In this document: positions 11,155 to 20,180 of the stretch, in pieces
Position numbering within the stretch: position 1 is the first letter of the stretch
Layout: the number at the start of each line of letters is the position of its first letter
Origin: Candidatus Binataceae bacterium
Lineage (GTDB): Bacteria > Desulfobacterota > Binatia > Binatales > Binataceae
Assembly: GCA_035508495.1 (NCBI GenBank)
Contig: DATJMX010000002.1
Span: 91,487-155,486 of the forward strand
Reading direction: 5' to 3'
Length of the DNA: 64,000 nt
Notes under the pieces: generated by a model
The model's input: the letters and a program-made list of their open reading frames with translations, nothing else
What the model was told of the DNA's origin: nothing
The model's database searches: none
Position numbers and translations under genes: made by a program

Positions 11155-11655
11155 TCAGCCGCTCGCGCTTTTGGCGCGGCGTTTGGTCTTTTGCGGTGCG
11201 CAGTCCTCGCACAGCGCGTGGATTTCGAGCGACGAGCCGAGCAGCTTGAATTCGCCCAACTCCGAGCGCCCCTTGAGCAAATCGTCGAGCTCGGGAATTT
11301 CGATGTCGCGGATGCGACGGCATTTGATGCATACCACGTGATGATGCGGCATGATGTTGCCGTCGTAGCGCGCGCTGTCGTGCAGCATCGTCACTTTGCG
11401 CGCCTCGCCGATCTCGCACAGAGTCTCGAGCGTGCGATGCACGGTCGCCAGCGAAATGTACGGATGCTCCTTGCGCACCTCGGCGTAGATCGAATCGGCG
11501 CGGGGATGCTCGGCAGAGGCCAACAGTGCGCGAATTATCGCAAGGCGCTGCGGGGTGACCGCCAGTCCGCCCTGGCGGCATCGCTCGGCGAATTCGGCCA
11601 GCCGTTCGGCAGCATATCCGGCGCGGCGCCCTTCATTAACCCAGTTTAGTTCCAT
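11155..11655 (-). CDS. Fur-family transcriptional regulator, PerR-like
   Basis: Winged-helix N-terminus (RLAIIRALL), HHHVVCIKC...CEDC metal sites, and position directly upstream of rubrerythrin. Assigning it to the PerR subtype rests on the Fur-family sequence features and the adjacent rubrerythrin. Confidence 0.8.
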   Translation of the reverse strand: MELNWVNEGRRAGYAAERLAEFAERCRQGGLAVTPQRLAIIRALLASAEHPRADSIYAEVRKEHPYISLATVHRTLETLCEIGEARKVTMLHDSARYDGNIMPHHHVVCIKCRRIRDIEIPELDDLLKGRSELGEFKLLGSSLEIHALCEDCAPQKTKRRAKSASG

Positions 11656-11662
11656 TTCTTAG

Positions 11663-11678
11663 ATAATAGTAATTATCA
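11663..11678. promoter_or_regulatory. Fur/PerR-box-like inverted repeat GATAAT-AGTA-ATTATC, 8-23 bp upstream of the perR-like start codon
   Basis: Read directly. It resembles the Fur-box consensus GATAATGATAATCATTATC. A second inverted repeat, CGATGCA-TTTT-GCATCG, sits at 11713-11729. Confidence 0.5.
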
Positions 11679-11907
11679 TCTGATTCTCATTCCTGTCAAC
11701 GGCTCGCACCAACGATGCATTTTGCATCGCGAACTGTGAACAAAGCCTCCGATTTGGGCACTGAACCACTTGACGCGAGGAGCAGGTAAAGGCTATGGGT
11801 AGCCCGCTTAGACAGCTTAAAAGTGATTCCGACTAACCAGGTCGAAACAAGGCCGTCATATCTTCGGAAAAGCTGCGAGCTCAGGCACAGATGACGGGGG
11901 AACCGAA

Positions 11908-13926
11908 ATGAATCTCGCCAAGCTTCTCAAACAACCGAATTCGTGGCATGCACATGTAGTTACGACACTAGCCGTATTTGTTAGCTTATTTGCCACCTTG
12001 ATGCCCGGCGTCGCGCGCGCAATCGATCCTGCTACCGCGAAGCTCGTCAATCTCGGCTTCCAGGTCTTCACCACGACGACCTTCAACGGCAACGGCCGCA
12101 CGTGCTCGACCTGCCATCTCCCAAGCGCCGACTTCTCGATCAGCGCTGCTGATTTTGCTGCATTGAGTGCGCATCAGAAGTCGCTCGTGCTCGCTTCGAG
12201 CACCCTCGGGCTCGAAAATCCCACGATGGTCTCGAAGCTAGGTGTGTTCAACATCAACGACAAAGTCGGCAATGACCCGGCCGAGGTAGGCACATCCAAC
12301 ACTCCGGTCGGCCCCTTCCGGGCTTCGATGTCGGTTGGAGCGCTGGCTTTAACCACCGCAAACCTGCTGCCCGATTTCTGCGCCGACAATTCGCCGCCGG
12401 AGTTGATCGAAAATGGCACCGACCTGGTGGCTGTAGTTTGTGATCCGCCGCTTCTAGGTTTCCCCAACAACGCGACTGCGTTCGCGATCACGGACGTATT
12501 TCTCAACACCGCAGTTGCTCCCTTCATTGGTAATTTGACTCCGGGGGTCGATGACGGAACGCGCAATATCGAGCTTGGATGGGCCGGCGATGGCGCGTTA
12601 ACCGATCCCGACGTCTTCGGCGCCAGCACCACTCTTCAGAACAAGGATTGCCGCGACGCAGTTGATAACGCCAACAACAACATCACCGATCTGACCGCGA
12701 CGCTGCGCGCGTTCTCGCTGGCCGCCGTCAAGACTCACTTCCCCAAAAGCCTCAATCGCGCGCCCGGCGTCGATTTCCGCTGCCCGACCTCAGTTGAGCT
12801 GGACGAGCTCGCGGCGTTCCAGGAGTATCTCGGCCGCCGCTTTGAGCTCGCTCTGAAAGCAGGTGTGCCGACCGACGCCAACGACGGCGACGCAGCGAAC
12901 AGCTTCGCTGCCGGAACACAGATCGATCCGTCGCAGCCGGTAATCACCTTCAACGACGCGACCGCTGAAAAAGGCAAGTCGATCTTTCTCGACGGAAATT
13001 CGCAGTGCAATCTCTGTCACTTCAACGCCGGCGCCAACGATGCGACCGGCTTGAGCCACGCCCCCAACGTAAATGATCCTTCGGCTCCATTCCCCGGCCG
13101 CAACTTCGTGTCGAAGCAGCTCGTTGACATGCTGCGATGCACCGACGCAAGTGGCTCGCCGACGACCTGCATGAATGGCGCGACTGCGACCGCGCACGGA
13201 CTCAACGCGCTCGTCGCGCCGATCGTCTTCCCGCAGGATCCGGGTGACCATGTCGCCAACGGAGCTACCGCGCTTTCCCTGGCAGGGAGCGATTGCAACA
13301 GCGGCATCAATAATGGCGGCAACACTGGATGCATCAAAGGCTCCGGCATGAAAGCCGGCGCCATGAACCTCCAGCCGCTGATCGAAGCCGCGCGCAAGAA
13401 GTCGTTCTTCCACAACGGCGCGTTCACCACGCTCGAGGGCGCGCTTTCGTTCTACTTCTCGCCGACGGGCGATCTGATCAAGGCATTCAATGCACCGCGC
13501 AAGGGAGAGACCGGCGCCGTGGCGCTGTCGAACATGGCCAGCACTTACTTCTCCGATCCGACCGACACCAAGGATGTGCTGGGTACCATGGGCTTCTTCC
13601 TGCGCTCGCTCAGCAGCGTCTATGCGATCGCGGATTGTGAGCGCCTGATGTCGGATTCGATCAGCCTGGTTCAGCAGGGACAGCCCGTGACCTTGCAGGC
13701 GCAGCTCTGCACGGGCGAACTCAACGACGTGACCAATCTGATCAACGGCGCGCAGATTAAAGTGCCTAGCCAGTACGTGGTCGTGGCCAGGCAGGCCCAG
13801 CAGATCCAGCCATTGATGAATCTGTCGGCGGCCTTCAGACTCAATATCGGACTCGAGGCGACGCTACATTCCTTGCAGGCAATGAGGCATTCTATTGCGA
13901 CGATAACGCCCGACTTGCCGAACTAG
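11908..13926 (+). CDS. Di-heme cytochrome c peroxidase / MauG-family protein, unusually long (672 aa), secreted
   Basis: Signal peptide. Two CXXCH motifs ([10 protein letters not shown] at the N-terminal domain; [13 protein letters not shown]). A CCP/MauG C-domain signature [18 protein letters not shown]. About 300 aa of Asn/Asp/Thr-rich sequence is inserted between the heme motifs. Confidence 0.65.
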   Translation: MNLAKLLKQPNSWHAHVVTTLAVFVSLFATLMPGVARAIDPATAKLVNLGFQVFTTTTFNGNGRTCSTCHLPSADFSISAADFAALSAHQKSLVLASSTLGLENPTMVSKLGVFNINDKVGNDPAEVGTSNTPVGPFRASMSVGALALTTANLLPDFCADNSPPELIENGTDLVAVVCDPPLLGFPNNATAFAITDVFLNTAVAPFIGNLTPGVDDGTRNIELGWAGDGALTDPDVFGASTTLQNKDCRDAVDNANNNITDLTATLRAFSLAAVKTHFPKSLNRAPGVDFRCPTSVELDELAAFQEYLGRRFELALKAGVPTDANDGDAANSFAAGTQIDPSQPVITFNDATAEKGKSIFLDGNSQCNLCHFNAGANDATGLSHAPNVNDPSAPFPGRNFVSKQLVDMLRCTDASGSPTTCMNGATATAHGLNALVAPIVFPQDPGDHVANGATALSLAGSDCNSGINNGGNTGCIKGSGMKAGAMNLQPLIEAARKKSFFHNGAFTTLEGALSFYFSPTGDLIKAFNAPRKGETGAVALSNMASTYFSDPTDTKDVLGTMGFFLRSLSSVYAIADCERLMSDSISLVQQGQPVTLQAQLCTGELNDVTNLINGAQIKVPSQYVVVARQAQQIQPLMNLSAAFRLNIGLEATLHSLQAMRHSIATITPDLPN

Positions 13927-13977
13927 CGCCGTCCGCAGCGGGCGGTCCAGTCACTCCGGGCGTTTCGTGAGTGACTT

Positions 13978-14787
13978 ATGATCACGCCGGTCGCGCTCAC
14001 GATCGCGGGCTCGGATTCCGGCGGCGGCGCCGGAATCCAGGCCGACCTCAAGACCTTCGCCGCGTTCGGTGTGTTCGGCACCTCGGTGCTGACCGCGCTT
14101 ACCGCGCAGAACACGCGCGGCGTAACCGCGATCTCAAACGTTGCGCCCGATTTCGTTGCCGCGCAGCTCGATGCGGTCGCGAGCGACTTTCACATCGCCG
14201 CGGCCAAAACCGGGATGCTCTCGCGCGCGGCGATTATCGAAGTCGTCGCCGACCGCATCCGCGCGCACAAGATAACCAACCTGGTAGTGGATCCCGTGAT
14301 GGCGGCGGCGAGCGGCGACGTGCTGCTCGAGCCGGACGCGATCGCGAAGATGCGCGACGCGATGCTTCCGCTCGCCGTCATCGTGACGCCGAATCTGCGC
14401 GAGGCGGAATTGCTCACGAGCCGCAGCGTCCGCACGCTCGATGAAATGGCTGATGCGGCGCGCGCGATCGTGCAGATGGGTGCGCGGGCCGCGCTGGTCA
14501 AGGGCGGAGCGCTGGTCGGCGCCGCGATCGATGTCTTCTTCGACGGGCGCACCGTGCGCGAGTTGCTCGGCCCTCGGATTGAGGTCGAGCGCGTGCACGG
14601 GGCAGGATGCACGCTGTCTGCGGCGATCGCAGCCGGGCTCGCGCGCGGCAGATCGCTCGACTACGCGGTCGAGACGGCGAAGGCGTTCGTGCGCCGCGCG
14701 ATCGAAACCTCGCCGCAGATCGGTCAGGGCGCGCGCCCCCTCAACCATCTGATCGCTCCGCCGGGCATCGACAGGACCTCGCGATGA
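13978..14787 (+). CDS. thiD: Hydroxymethylpyrimidine/phosphomethylpyrimidine kinase
   Basis: [20 protein letters not shown] start, [16 protein letters not shown] lid motif, and a typical ThiD length. Confidence 0.8.
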   Translation: MITPVALTIAGSDSGGGAGIQADLKTFAAFGVFGTSVLTALTAQNTRGVTAISNVAPDFVAAQLDAVASDFHIAAAKTGMLSRAAIIEVVADRIRAHKITNLVVDPVMAAASGDVLLEPDAIAKMRDAMLPLAVIVTPNLREAELLTSRSVRTLDEMADAARAIVQMGARAALVKGGALVGAAIDVFFDGRTVRELLGPRIEVERVHGAGCTLSAAIAAGLARGRSLDYAVETAKAFVRRAIETSPQIGQGARPLNHLIAPPGIDRTSR

Positions 14788-15461
14788 GCAACGGAAACTT
14801 CGCGGCGGAGCTGCGCGCCAGCGCCGCGCCGATCTGGGAGAAGGAGTACGCGCATCCGTTTGTGCAAGGCATCGGCGACGGCACCCTCGCGCCGGAACGC
14901 TTTCGTTTCTATCTCGCCCAGGACTACGTCTTTCTGATCGAGTATTGCCGGGTTTTCGCTCTAGCCGCGGCCAAGGCGCGCGATCTCGAGACGATCGCGC
15001 TCTTCGGCAACCTGCTGAACTCGACAGTCAGCGTCGAAATGCAGTTGCATCGAGATTACTGCGCGCAATTCGGTATCGTGTCTGCCGAGCTCGAACAAAC
15101 AACCGCAGCCCCCATCACGCACGGCTACACCAGGCATCTGCTGACGGCCGCATACGAAGGCTCAATCACCGATATTGTTGCCGCGGTGCTGCCCTGTCAG
15201 CTCGGCTACGCTGAAATCGCGACGCGTCTGCTACGCGAGGGCAAGACCGGCGCGGACACGATGTACGCCGAGTGGGTAAAGATGTACTCGTCGCGCGAAT
15301 TCGTCGAAGGCGCCGACACGATCGTGCGCCTGCTCAACGATCTGACGCGCGGCCTGCCCGCTCGCGAGCGCGGTCCGCTCGAACAACTGTTCCTGACGAG
15401 TAGCCGCTACGAGTACCTGTTCTGGGAGATGTCCTGGCAACGCGCTGGGTGGCCGATTTAG
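14784..15461 (+). CDS. tenA: Thiaminase II / TenA family
   Basis: HPFVQGIGDGTL...FRFYLAQDYVFL...YEYLFWEM motifs. Start set at the ATG at 14784 (MSNGNF), which overlaps the thiD stop (ATGA). The track N-terminal extension from 14607 overlaps thiD. Confidence 0.75.
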   Translation: MSNGNFAAELRASAAPIWEKEYAHPFVQGIGDGTLAPERFRFYLAQDYVFLIEYCRVFALAAAKARDLETIALFGNLLNSTVSVEMQLHRDYCAQFGIVSAELEQTTAAPITHGYTRHLLTAAYEGSITDIVAAVLPCQLGYAEIATRLLREGKTGADTMYAEWVKMYSSREFVEGADTIVRLLNDLTRGLPARERGPLEQLFLTSSRYEYLFWEMSWQRAGWPI

Positions 15462-16341
15462 ATCGGGCACCGAGGAATGAGGTTCGCAACGCCGCGGCCT
15501 GTGCGTTGCCCTGTGCGAGTCCGGCCTGCGCCGCCGCCGCGCTGAGGCTCGGATCCATCAGATTGTCGCCGAACGCGGCGATGCTCGATGGATCCGGCAC
15601 GATTAGTTCGACGATAGTACCGCTCTCGCGCAGCGCGGCGATTTCCTTGTAGAGCCGGATGCGGAAATGCTCTGCCAGCATCGGATCGCCAGCGGCGCCG
15701 CTGACCGCGATCACAACTGCCCGATCGTAGCCCCTTGCCAGATCCGCATTCGTCGCCGAACGCGTGCCGCCATCCATGTACCTGCGGCCGTTTATCGTGA
15801 TTGGCGGAAACATGCCGGGGACGCTGCAGCTCGCGGCCACTGCGTGCTTGATACCGGCGCCCGCGTCCTTGTTCCAAACAACAAACTCGCCATTGTGCGC
15901 ATCGACGGCGGTGCACGCGAAATTGCGCTCCGGCCACGAATCGTCGGCGAGTCCGTTGAACAGATAGCCGACGACTGACATGAAGATTTCCTCGCTGATT
16001 GTCTGGCTCTGGAGCGCCCACTTGCCGATCTCGGCGCGCACGTCGCGGGCCGGACGCTTCCCCGAGACGGCTTCAGCCATCTTGTCGATGAAGATGGAAA
16101 AATCGGGATCGGCGGATGGTCCCGATACCGGCAAGGCCACGCTCGCGAGCGATTCTGCGAGCGCGCGAGGCTCCTTACCCATGGCGATTTGCGCGCCAAC
16201 GAACGAGCCCGCCGACGTACCGACGATAAAGTCAGCGTCGGCAAGATCGACCCCCGCTTCGGCCATACCGGCCAGCAATCCCGCTTGCCACGCGATCCCA
16301 ATAGGGCCACCGCTGCCAAGCACAAGCGCGCGCTTCGCCAT
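15334..16341 (-). CDS. Patatin-like phospholipase, paralog 1
   Basis: GSGGPIGIAW glycine-rich motif, GTSAGS nucleophile elbow, DGG motif. Start at MAKRALVLG (ATG 16339-16341) with an AAGGAG RBS. Relative to paralog 2 the ORF lacks the stop and runs on ~50 aa, convergently overlapping the tenA 3' end. Confidence 0.75.
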   Translation of the reverse strand: MAKRALVLGSGGPIGIAWQAGLLAGMAEAGVDLADADFIVGTSAGSFVGAQIAMGKEPRALAESLASVALPVSGPSADPDFSIFIDKMAEAVSGKRPARDVRAEIGKWALQSQTISEEIFMSVVGYLFNGLADDSWPERNFACTAVDAHNGEFVVWNKDAGAGIKHAVAASCSVPGMFPPITINGRRYMDGGTRSATNADLARGYDRAVVIAVSGAAGDPMLAEHFRIRLYKEIAALRESGTIVELIVPDPSSIAAFGDNLMDPSLSAAAAQAGLAQGNAQAAALRTSFLGARSKSATQRVARTSPRTGTRSGYSSGTVVRADRARERAGRASDR

Positions 16342-16499
16342 TCGCGTAACGTCTCCTTCGCGAATCCTTAATGAAACTGTAACATTAGAGAAAGCGCAGA
16401 CGAGAGGCAAAGAGGATCGCGTAACGCAGTTGCCTTGAGCGTGAAGCAGTTAGATCGAGAGCCTATTTTGCCGCCTTTCCTCCCAAAAGGAGAGCGGTT

Positions 16500-16760
16500 T
16501 CGGTGTCATCCCAAGAGTTGGTGAATCTTTCCGAAGCGCTACTTACTTCGGGTCGGAGTGGTTCTCTTTTTCTGTCATCGCAAGGGTCTGTGAAGAAATG
16601 TCCTGGATCATTGGCCGCCATCCCGTTCGTCATTCTGAGCAGAGTCTGCGGAGTCGAAAAGCCTGCGTTGAGCGAAGTCGAAGGGATCTCGAAGGGATCT
16701 CCGGGCGCCCCGAAGGGACCGGTACCGGTAAGCGCGTGTAGCGCTTTCCTTTCTTCTTCT
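16500..16760. repeat. Cluster of short degenerate repeats in the 480-bp spacer between patatin paralogs
   Basis: Three GTCATYSYRAG units (GTCATCCCAAGAG, GTCATCGCAAGGG, GTCATTCTGAGCAGAG). A tandem TCGAAGGGATC x2 at 16677-16700. Local hairpins such as CCGAAG-N9-CTTCGG. I recall widespread short intergenic repeats beginning GTCATTCTGAGC in Acidobacteria-type genomes. Confidence 0.35.
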
Positions 16761-16819
16761 CCCGCCCGGAAAGTCGCGAGCGTGCGTGCGGAATCCCCCT
16801 CGCCCGGTTCGCGGCTGCG

Positions 16820-17716
16820 TTATGCCTTCCACGCCGCGCGTAGCGACGATGCCTGCGCGTTGCCTTGCGCGAGGCCGGCCTTCGCTGCGCCGGGGCGCTT
16901 TCTCGGATCCATCAGGTTGATGCCGAACGCCTGAAGGCTTGCTGCATCGGGAACGATCAGCTCGACTTTCGTTCCACTCTCGCGCGCGACGGCGATTTCC
17001 TTGTCGAGCTGCTTGCGGAACTGCTCGCTTATTTTGTCAGTTGCCGCGCCCGTTACGGCGACGACGATCGCCACATCGTAGCCCTTGGCGAGGTCGGCAT
17101 TGGTCGCCGAGCGCATCCCGCCGTCGATATATCTGCGGCCCTTGATCGTAATCGGCGGAAACACTCCCGGCACGCTGCAGCTCGACGCGACCGCACGCTT
17201 GATACCCGCGCCTGCTTCCTTGTTCCACACGACGAATTCGCCCGTGAGCGCATCGACGGCGGTGCACGCATAGTTGCGCTCGGGCCACGTATCGTCGGGC
17301 AGCTCGTTGAATGAGCGGCCGAAGCCCGCGATGAACGCCTCTTCGCTCATGGTCTTCGCTTCGAGCGCCCACTTGCCTATCTCGGCGCGCACCTCGCGCG
17401 CGGGACGCTTGCCCGACGCGGCCTCAGCCATCTTGGTGATGAGCATCGTCAAATCAGGCGGAGGTCCCGCAGGCCGGTCCGACGACGGGCGTGATTCGGG
17501 CGCAGGCGCGCTCTCGGCGAGGATCGGCGCGGCAAGCGCGCCAGGCGCCTTGCCCATCGCGATCTGCGCGCCGACAAACGATCCCGCCGATGTGCCGACG
17601 ATAAAGTCGGCATCCGAAAGATCGACGCCGCCCTCGGCCAATCCCGCCAGCAATCCCGCTTCCCACGCGATCCCGACCGGGCCGCCGCCACCAAGCACTA
17701 ACGCTCGCTTCGCCAT
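16820..17716 (-). CDS. Patatin-like phospholipase, paralog 2
   Basis: GGGGPVGIAW, GTSAGS and DGG motifs; ~60% identical to paralog 1. Start at MAKRAL, with GGAGG 8 nt upstream. Confidence 0.75.
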   Translation of the reverse strand: MAKRALVLGGGGPVGIAWEAGLLAGLAEGGVDLSDADFIVGTSAGSFVGAQIAMGKAPGALAAPILAESAPAPESRPSSDRPAGPPPDLTMLITKMAEAASGKRPAREVRAEIGKWALEAKTMSEEAFIAGFGRSFNELPDDTWPERNYACTAVDALTGEFVVWNKEAGAGIKRAVASSCSVPGVFPPITIKGRRYIDGGMRSATNADLAKGYDVAIVVAVTGAATDKISEQFRKQLDKEIAVARESGTKVELIVPDAASLQAFGINLMDPRKRPGAAKAGLAQGNAQASSLRAAWKA

Positions 17717-17770
17717 CGAACTCACCTCCGGTGGGCTCTCTACTAGTAGGTTCGCAGCGAAATTTGAAGT

Positions 17771-19054
17771 TCAGAGAAGCGGGGCGATCGGGGCGCGGCG
17801 GCAGCTTGGCTTGACCAGCAGCATCTGGACGTCGCCGATGTTCCGTTCGAGGAAGCCGCCTTCGCAGTAGCACAGGTAGTATTCCCACATGCGCAGGAAT
17901 TCCTCGGGATAGCCGAGCGCGCGCACGCGATCGGCGTTGGCCAGGGTACGCAAGCGCCACTGCCGCAGCGTCTCGGCATAATTGGGTGTGAGGTCTTCGA
18001 GATGGAAGAGCCGCATATCGCTGCTGCGCGTAACCGAATCCATCATCGCCGTGACCGATGGGATGAAGCTGCCCGGGAAGATGTAGCGCTTGATGAAATC
18101 GATTGTGCGGAGCGCGCCCTGGTAGCGCTGATCCGCAATCACGATCGCCTGCAGGAGCATCATGCCGTCGGGCTTGAGCAGCTCGCCGCACTTTTTGAAA
18201 TAGGCGTCGAGGAAGTGATGGCCGACGGCCTCGATCATCTCGATCGACACGGCCTTGTCGAATTGGCCGTCGAGCTCACGATAATCCTTGAGCAGGACCG
18301 TGATGCGGCCGTCGAGGCCCGCGTCCCTGATGCGGCGCACGGCGTAGTCGTGTTGCGCCTGCGAGATCGTCGTGGTGGTGACACGGCATCCATAGTTGCG
18401 CGCCGCATGAATCGCGAAGCCGCCCCATCCAGTGCCGATCTCAACCACGTGATCGTGCGAGCGCAGGTCGAGCTGGCGGCAGATACGATCGATCTTCGCG
18501 GTCGATGCTTCCTCGAGCGTGGCGCCGGGGCGCTCGAAGATCGCGCACGAGTACATCATCGTGGGATCGAGCACCAGCTCGAAGAACTCGTTGCCAAGGT
18601 CGTAGTGCGCGGCGATATTGCGGCGGCTGCCTTCGGCAGTGTTGCGATTGAGATAGTGGATGAGCCGCATGACCGGGGCCAGGAATCGAGCAAACCAGTT
18701 GTCAACGCCGCTCATCACGTGCGCGTTGCGCAGCGCGATTCGAATCAGCGCCGTCAGGTCATCGCAGGTCCAGGTGCCGGCGATATAAGACTCGCCGCTG
18801 CCGAGCGTGCCGCCGAAAGCGACGTCCGCGTAGAAACGGCGATCCATGACGTGGATTGTTGCACGCAGATCGGCGGTCTCATCTGGCTCGCCGAAAGCGA
18901 TTCGGTCGCCGCCGTCTTCGATCGTAACTCGATCATTCCTGGTGAGCGCGAGCTTGCTTAGCAGCGCCCGCCGCGCGAGGCCTTCCAGAATGGCCGGCCG
19001 CCGCTGACGCGACGCTCCAATCCCCGCATCAACGATCGACCCAGGCCGCTCCAC
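17771..19054 (-). CDS. cfa: Cyclopropane-fatty-acyl-phospholipid synthase family SAM-dependent methyltransferase
   Basis: VVEIGTGWGGFAIHAA SAM motif and CFA-synthase-like flanks. Confidence 0.8.
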   Translation of the reverse strand: MERPGSIVDAGIGASRQRRPAILEGLARRALLSKLALTRNDRVTIEDGGDRIAFGEPDETADLRATIHVMDRRFYADVAFGGTLGSGESYIAGTWTCDDLTALIRIALRNAHVMSGVDNWFARFLAPVMRLIHYLNRNTAEGSRRNIAAHYDLGNEFFELVLDPTMMYSCAIFERPGATLEEASTAKIDRICRQLDLRSHDHVVEIGTGWGGFAIHAARNYGCRVTTTTISQAQHDYAVRRIRDAGLDGRITVLLKDYRELDGQFDKAVSIEMIEAVGHHFLDAYFKKCGELLKPDGMMLLQAIVIADQRYQGALRTIDFIKRYIFPGSFIPSVTAMMDSVTRSSDMRLFHLEDLTPNYAETLRQWRLRTLANADRVRALGYPEEFLRMWEYYLCYCEGGFLERNIGDVQMLLVKPSCRRAPIAPLL

Positions 19055-20086
19055 CTATCCGCTGGCTCCCTCATCGGCGACCGGAGGCTGCGGGATCGCC
19101 TCGCGAATCACAGTCGTGATCTTCGCTGTAGTCAGCGCGCGCTCCGGCCGTACGATCCGGCCTTCATCCAGCAGATGCTGGGGGACGGGGCGAAGGTCCC
19201 AAACAATTCCAAGCCACGACATCACCTTTAGAATGTAATACGTGACGTCGACTTCCCACCAGTAGAAACCCTGCCGCGTCGATGCCGGGTAATGGTGATG
19301 GTTGTTGTGCCATCCCTCACCCATCGTGATCATCGCGAGCGCAAAGCTGTTTCGGCTGTCATCGCCAGTGACATAGCGGCGCCGGCCAAAGACGTGCGCG
19401 AGAGAATTGATCGTGAAAGTGCCGTGCGCCAGCACCACCGTCGAGATGAAGAATCCCCATATCAGCATCTGCCCGCCGCTGGTATGAAGTCCCGGAAAGT
19501 AATGCGCGAGCATCGCGCCAAAGCCATACATCGCAAAGCCCAGCACCGTCGGCACGATAATGTCGAAGCGGTCCATGAACACCAGCTCGGGATACTTCGC
19601 GAGATCGCGCACCACGCGGGTCCGCGTCAGGAAGTTGGTGTCCGAAGTGATCCAGCCGATGTGACTCCAGATGAATCCGTGCTGAATCGGCGAGTGCACG
19701 TCCGCCGGTTGGTCGGAGTGCTGATGGTGCAAGCGATGATGCGACGCCCACCACAATGGACCACGCTGCACTGACGAGTTGCCCATCACCGCGAAGATAA
19801 ACTGGGCTGCGCGCGAGGTCTTGAAGCTGCGATGCGAAAAATAGCGATGGTAGAATCCGGTGATCGCGAACATCCGGATGAAGTACATCGCAATCGCAAC
19901 CGCGACCGCGATCGGACTCCAGCCGACCCAGATCACGGCGAGGCACATCAGGTGCACCGCGGCGAACGGTACTACCCGCAGCCAATCGGTCTCCTGAGGT
20001 GCATTCGCTTTCGGTTCGCCCCCCGCGTATGAGTCTATCCACCTCGCGAGTGCGACTAACACCCGCTTAAACGTACTCTCAGGCAT
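19055..20086 (-). CDS. Acyl-CoA (stearoyl-CoA-type) fatty-acid desaturase
   Basis: Histidine boxes HRYFSH, HRLHHQHSD, HNNHHHYP. Multiple TM segments. Contiguous with the cfa stop. Confidence 0.8.
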   Translation of the reverse strand: MPESTFKRVLVALARWIDSYAGGEPKANAPQETDWLRVVPFAAVHLMCLAVIWVGWSPIAVAVAIAMYFIRMFAITGFYHRYFSHRSFKTSRAAQFIFAVMGNSSVQRGPLWWASHHRLHHQHSDQPADVHSPIQHGFIWSHIGWITSDTNFLTRTRVVRDLAKYPELVFMDRFDIIVPTVLGFAMYGFGAMLAHYFPGLHTSGGQMLIWGFFISTVVLAHGTFTINSLAHVFGRRRYVTGDDSRNSFALAMITMGEGWHNNHHHYPASTRQGFYWWEVDVTYYILKVMSWLGIVWDLRPVPQHLLDEGRIVRPERALTTAKITTVIREAIPQPPVADEGASG

Positions 20087-20180
20087 TCGGTCCTCTCCGC
20101 CCTTCGCTTCCCCTTACAGGCGGTCAACTGTCCCAGATTTCGAGACCTGAGTGAACAGTTGAGGGGGGATCGAAAATCGC

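Noticed and set aside
13927-13977. Possible TPP riboswitch upstream of thiD
   Set aside because: The spacer is only 50 nt and contains a simple 8-bp hairpin (AGTCACTC...GAGTGACT). There is no room for a THI-box, and none is recognisable.
13971-14787. Multiple overlapping ORFs (13971..14444 +, 14134..14748 -, 14190..14612 -, 14441..14752 +) across thiD
   Set aside because: All are Arg-rich alternative-frame artefacts. Only the thiD frame has family motifs.
16677-16700. Tandem TCGAAGGGATC repeat as a possible CRISPR or minisatellite
   Set aside because: There are only two 11-bp copies with no spacers. This is not a CRISPR array. It is reported only as part of the intergenic repeat cluster.
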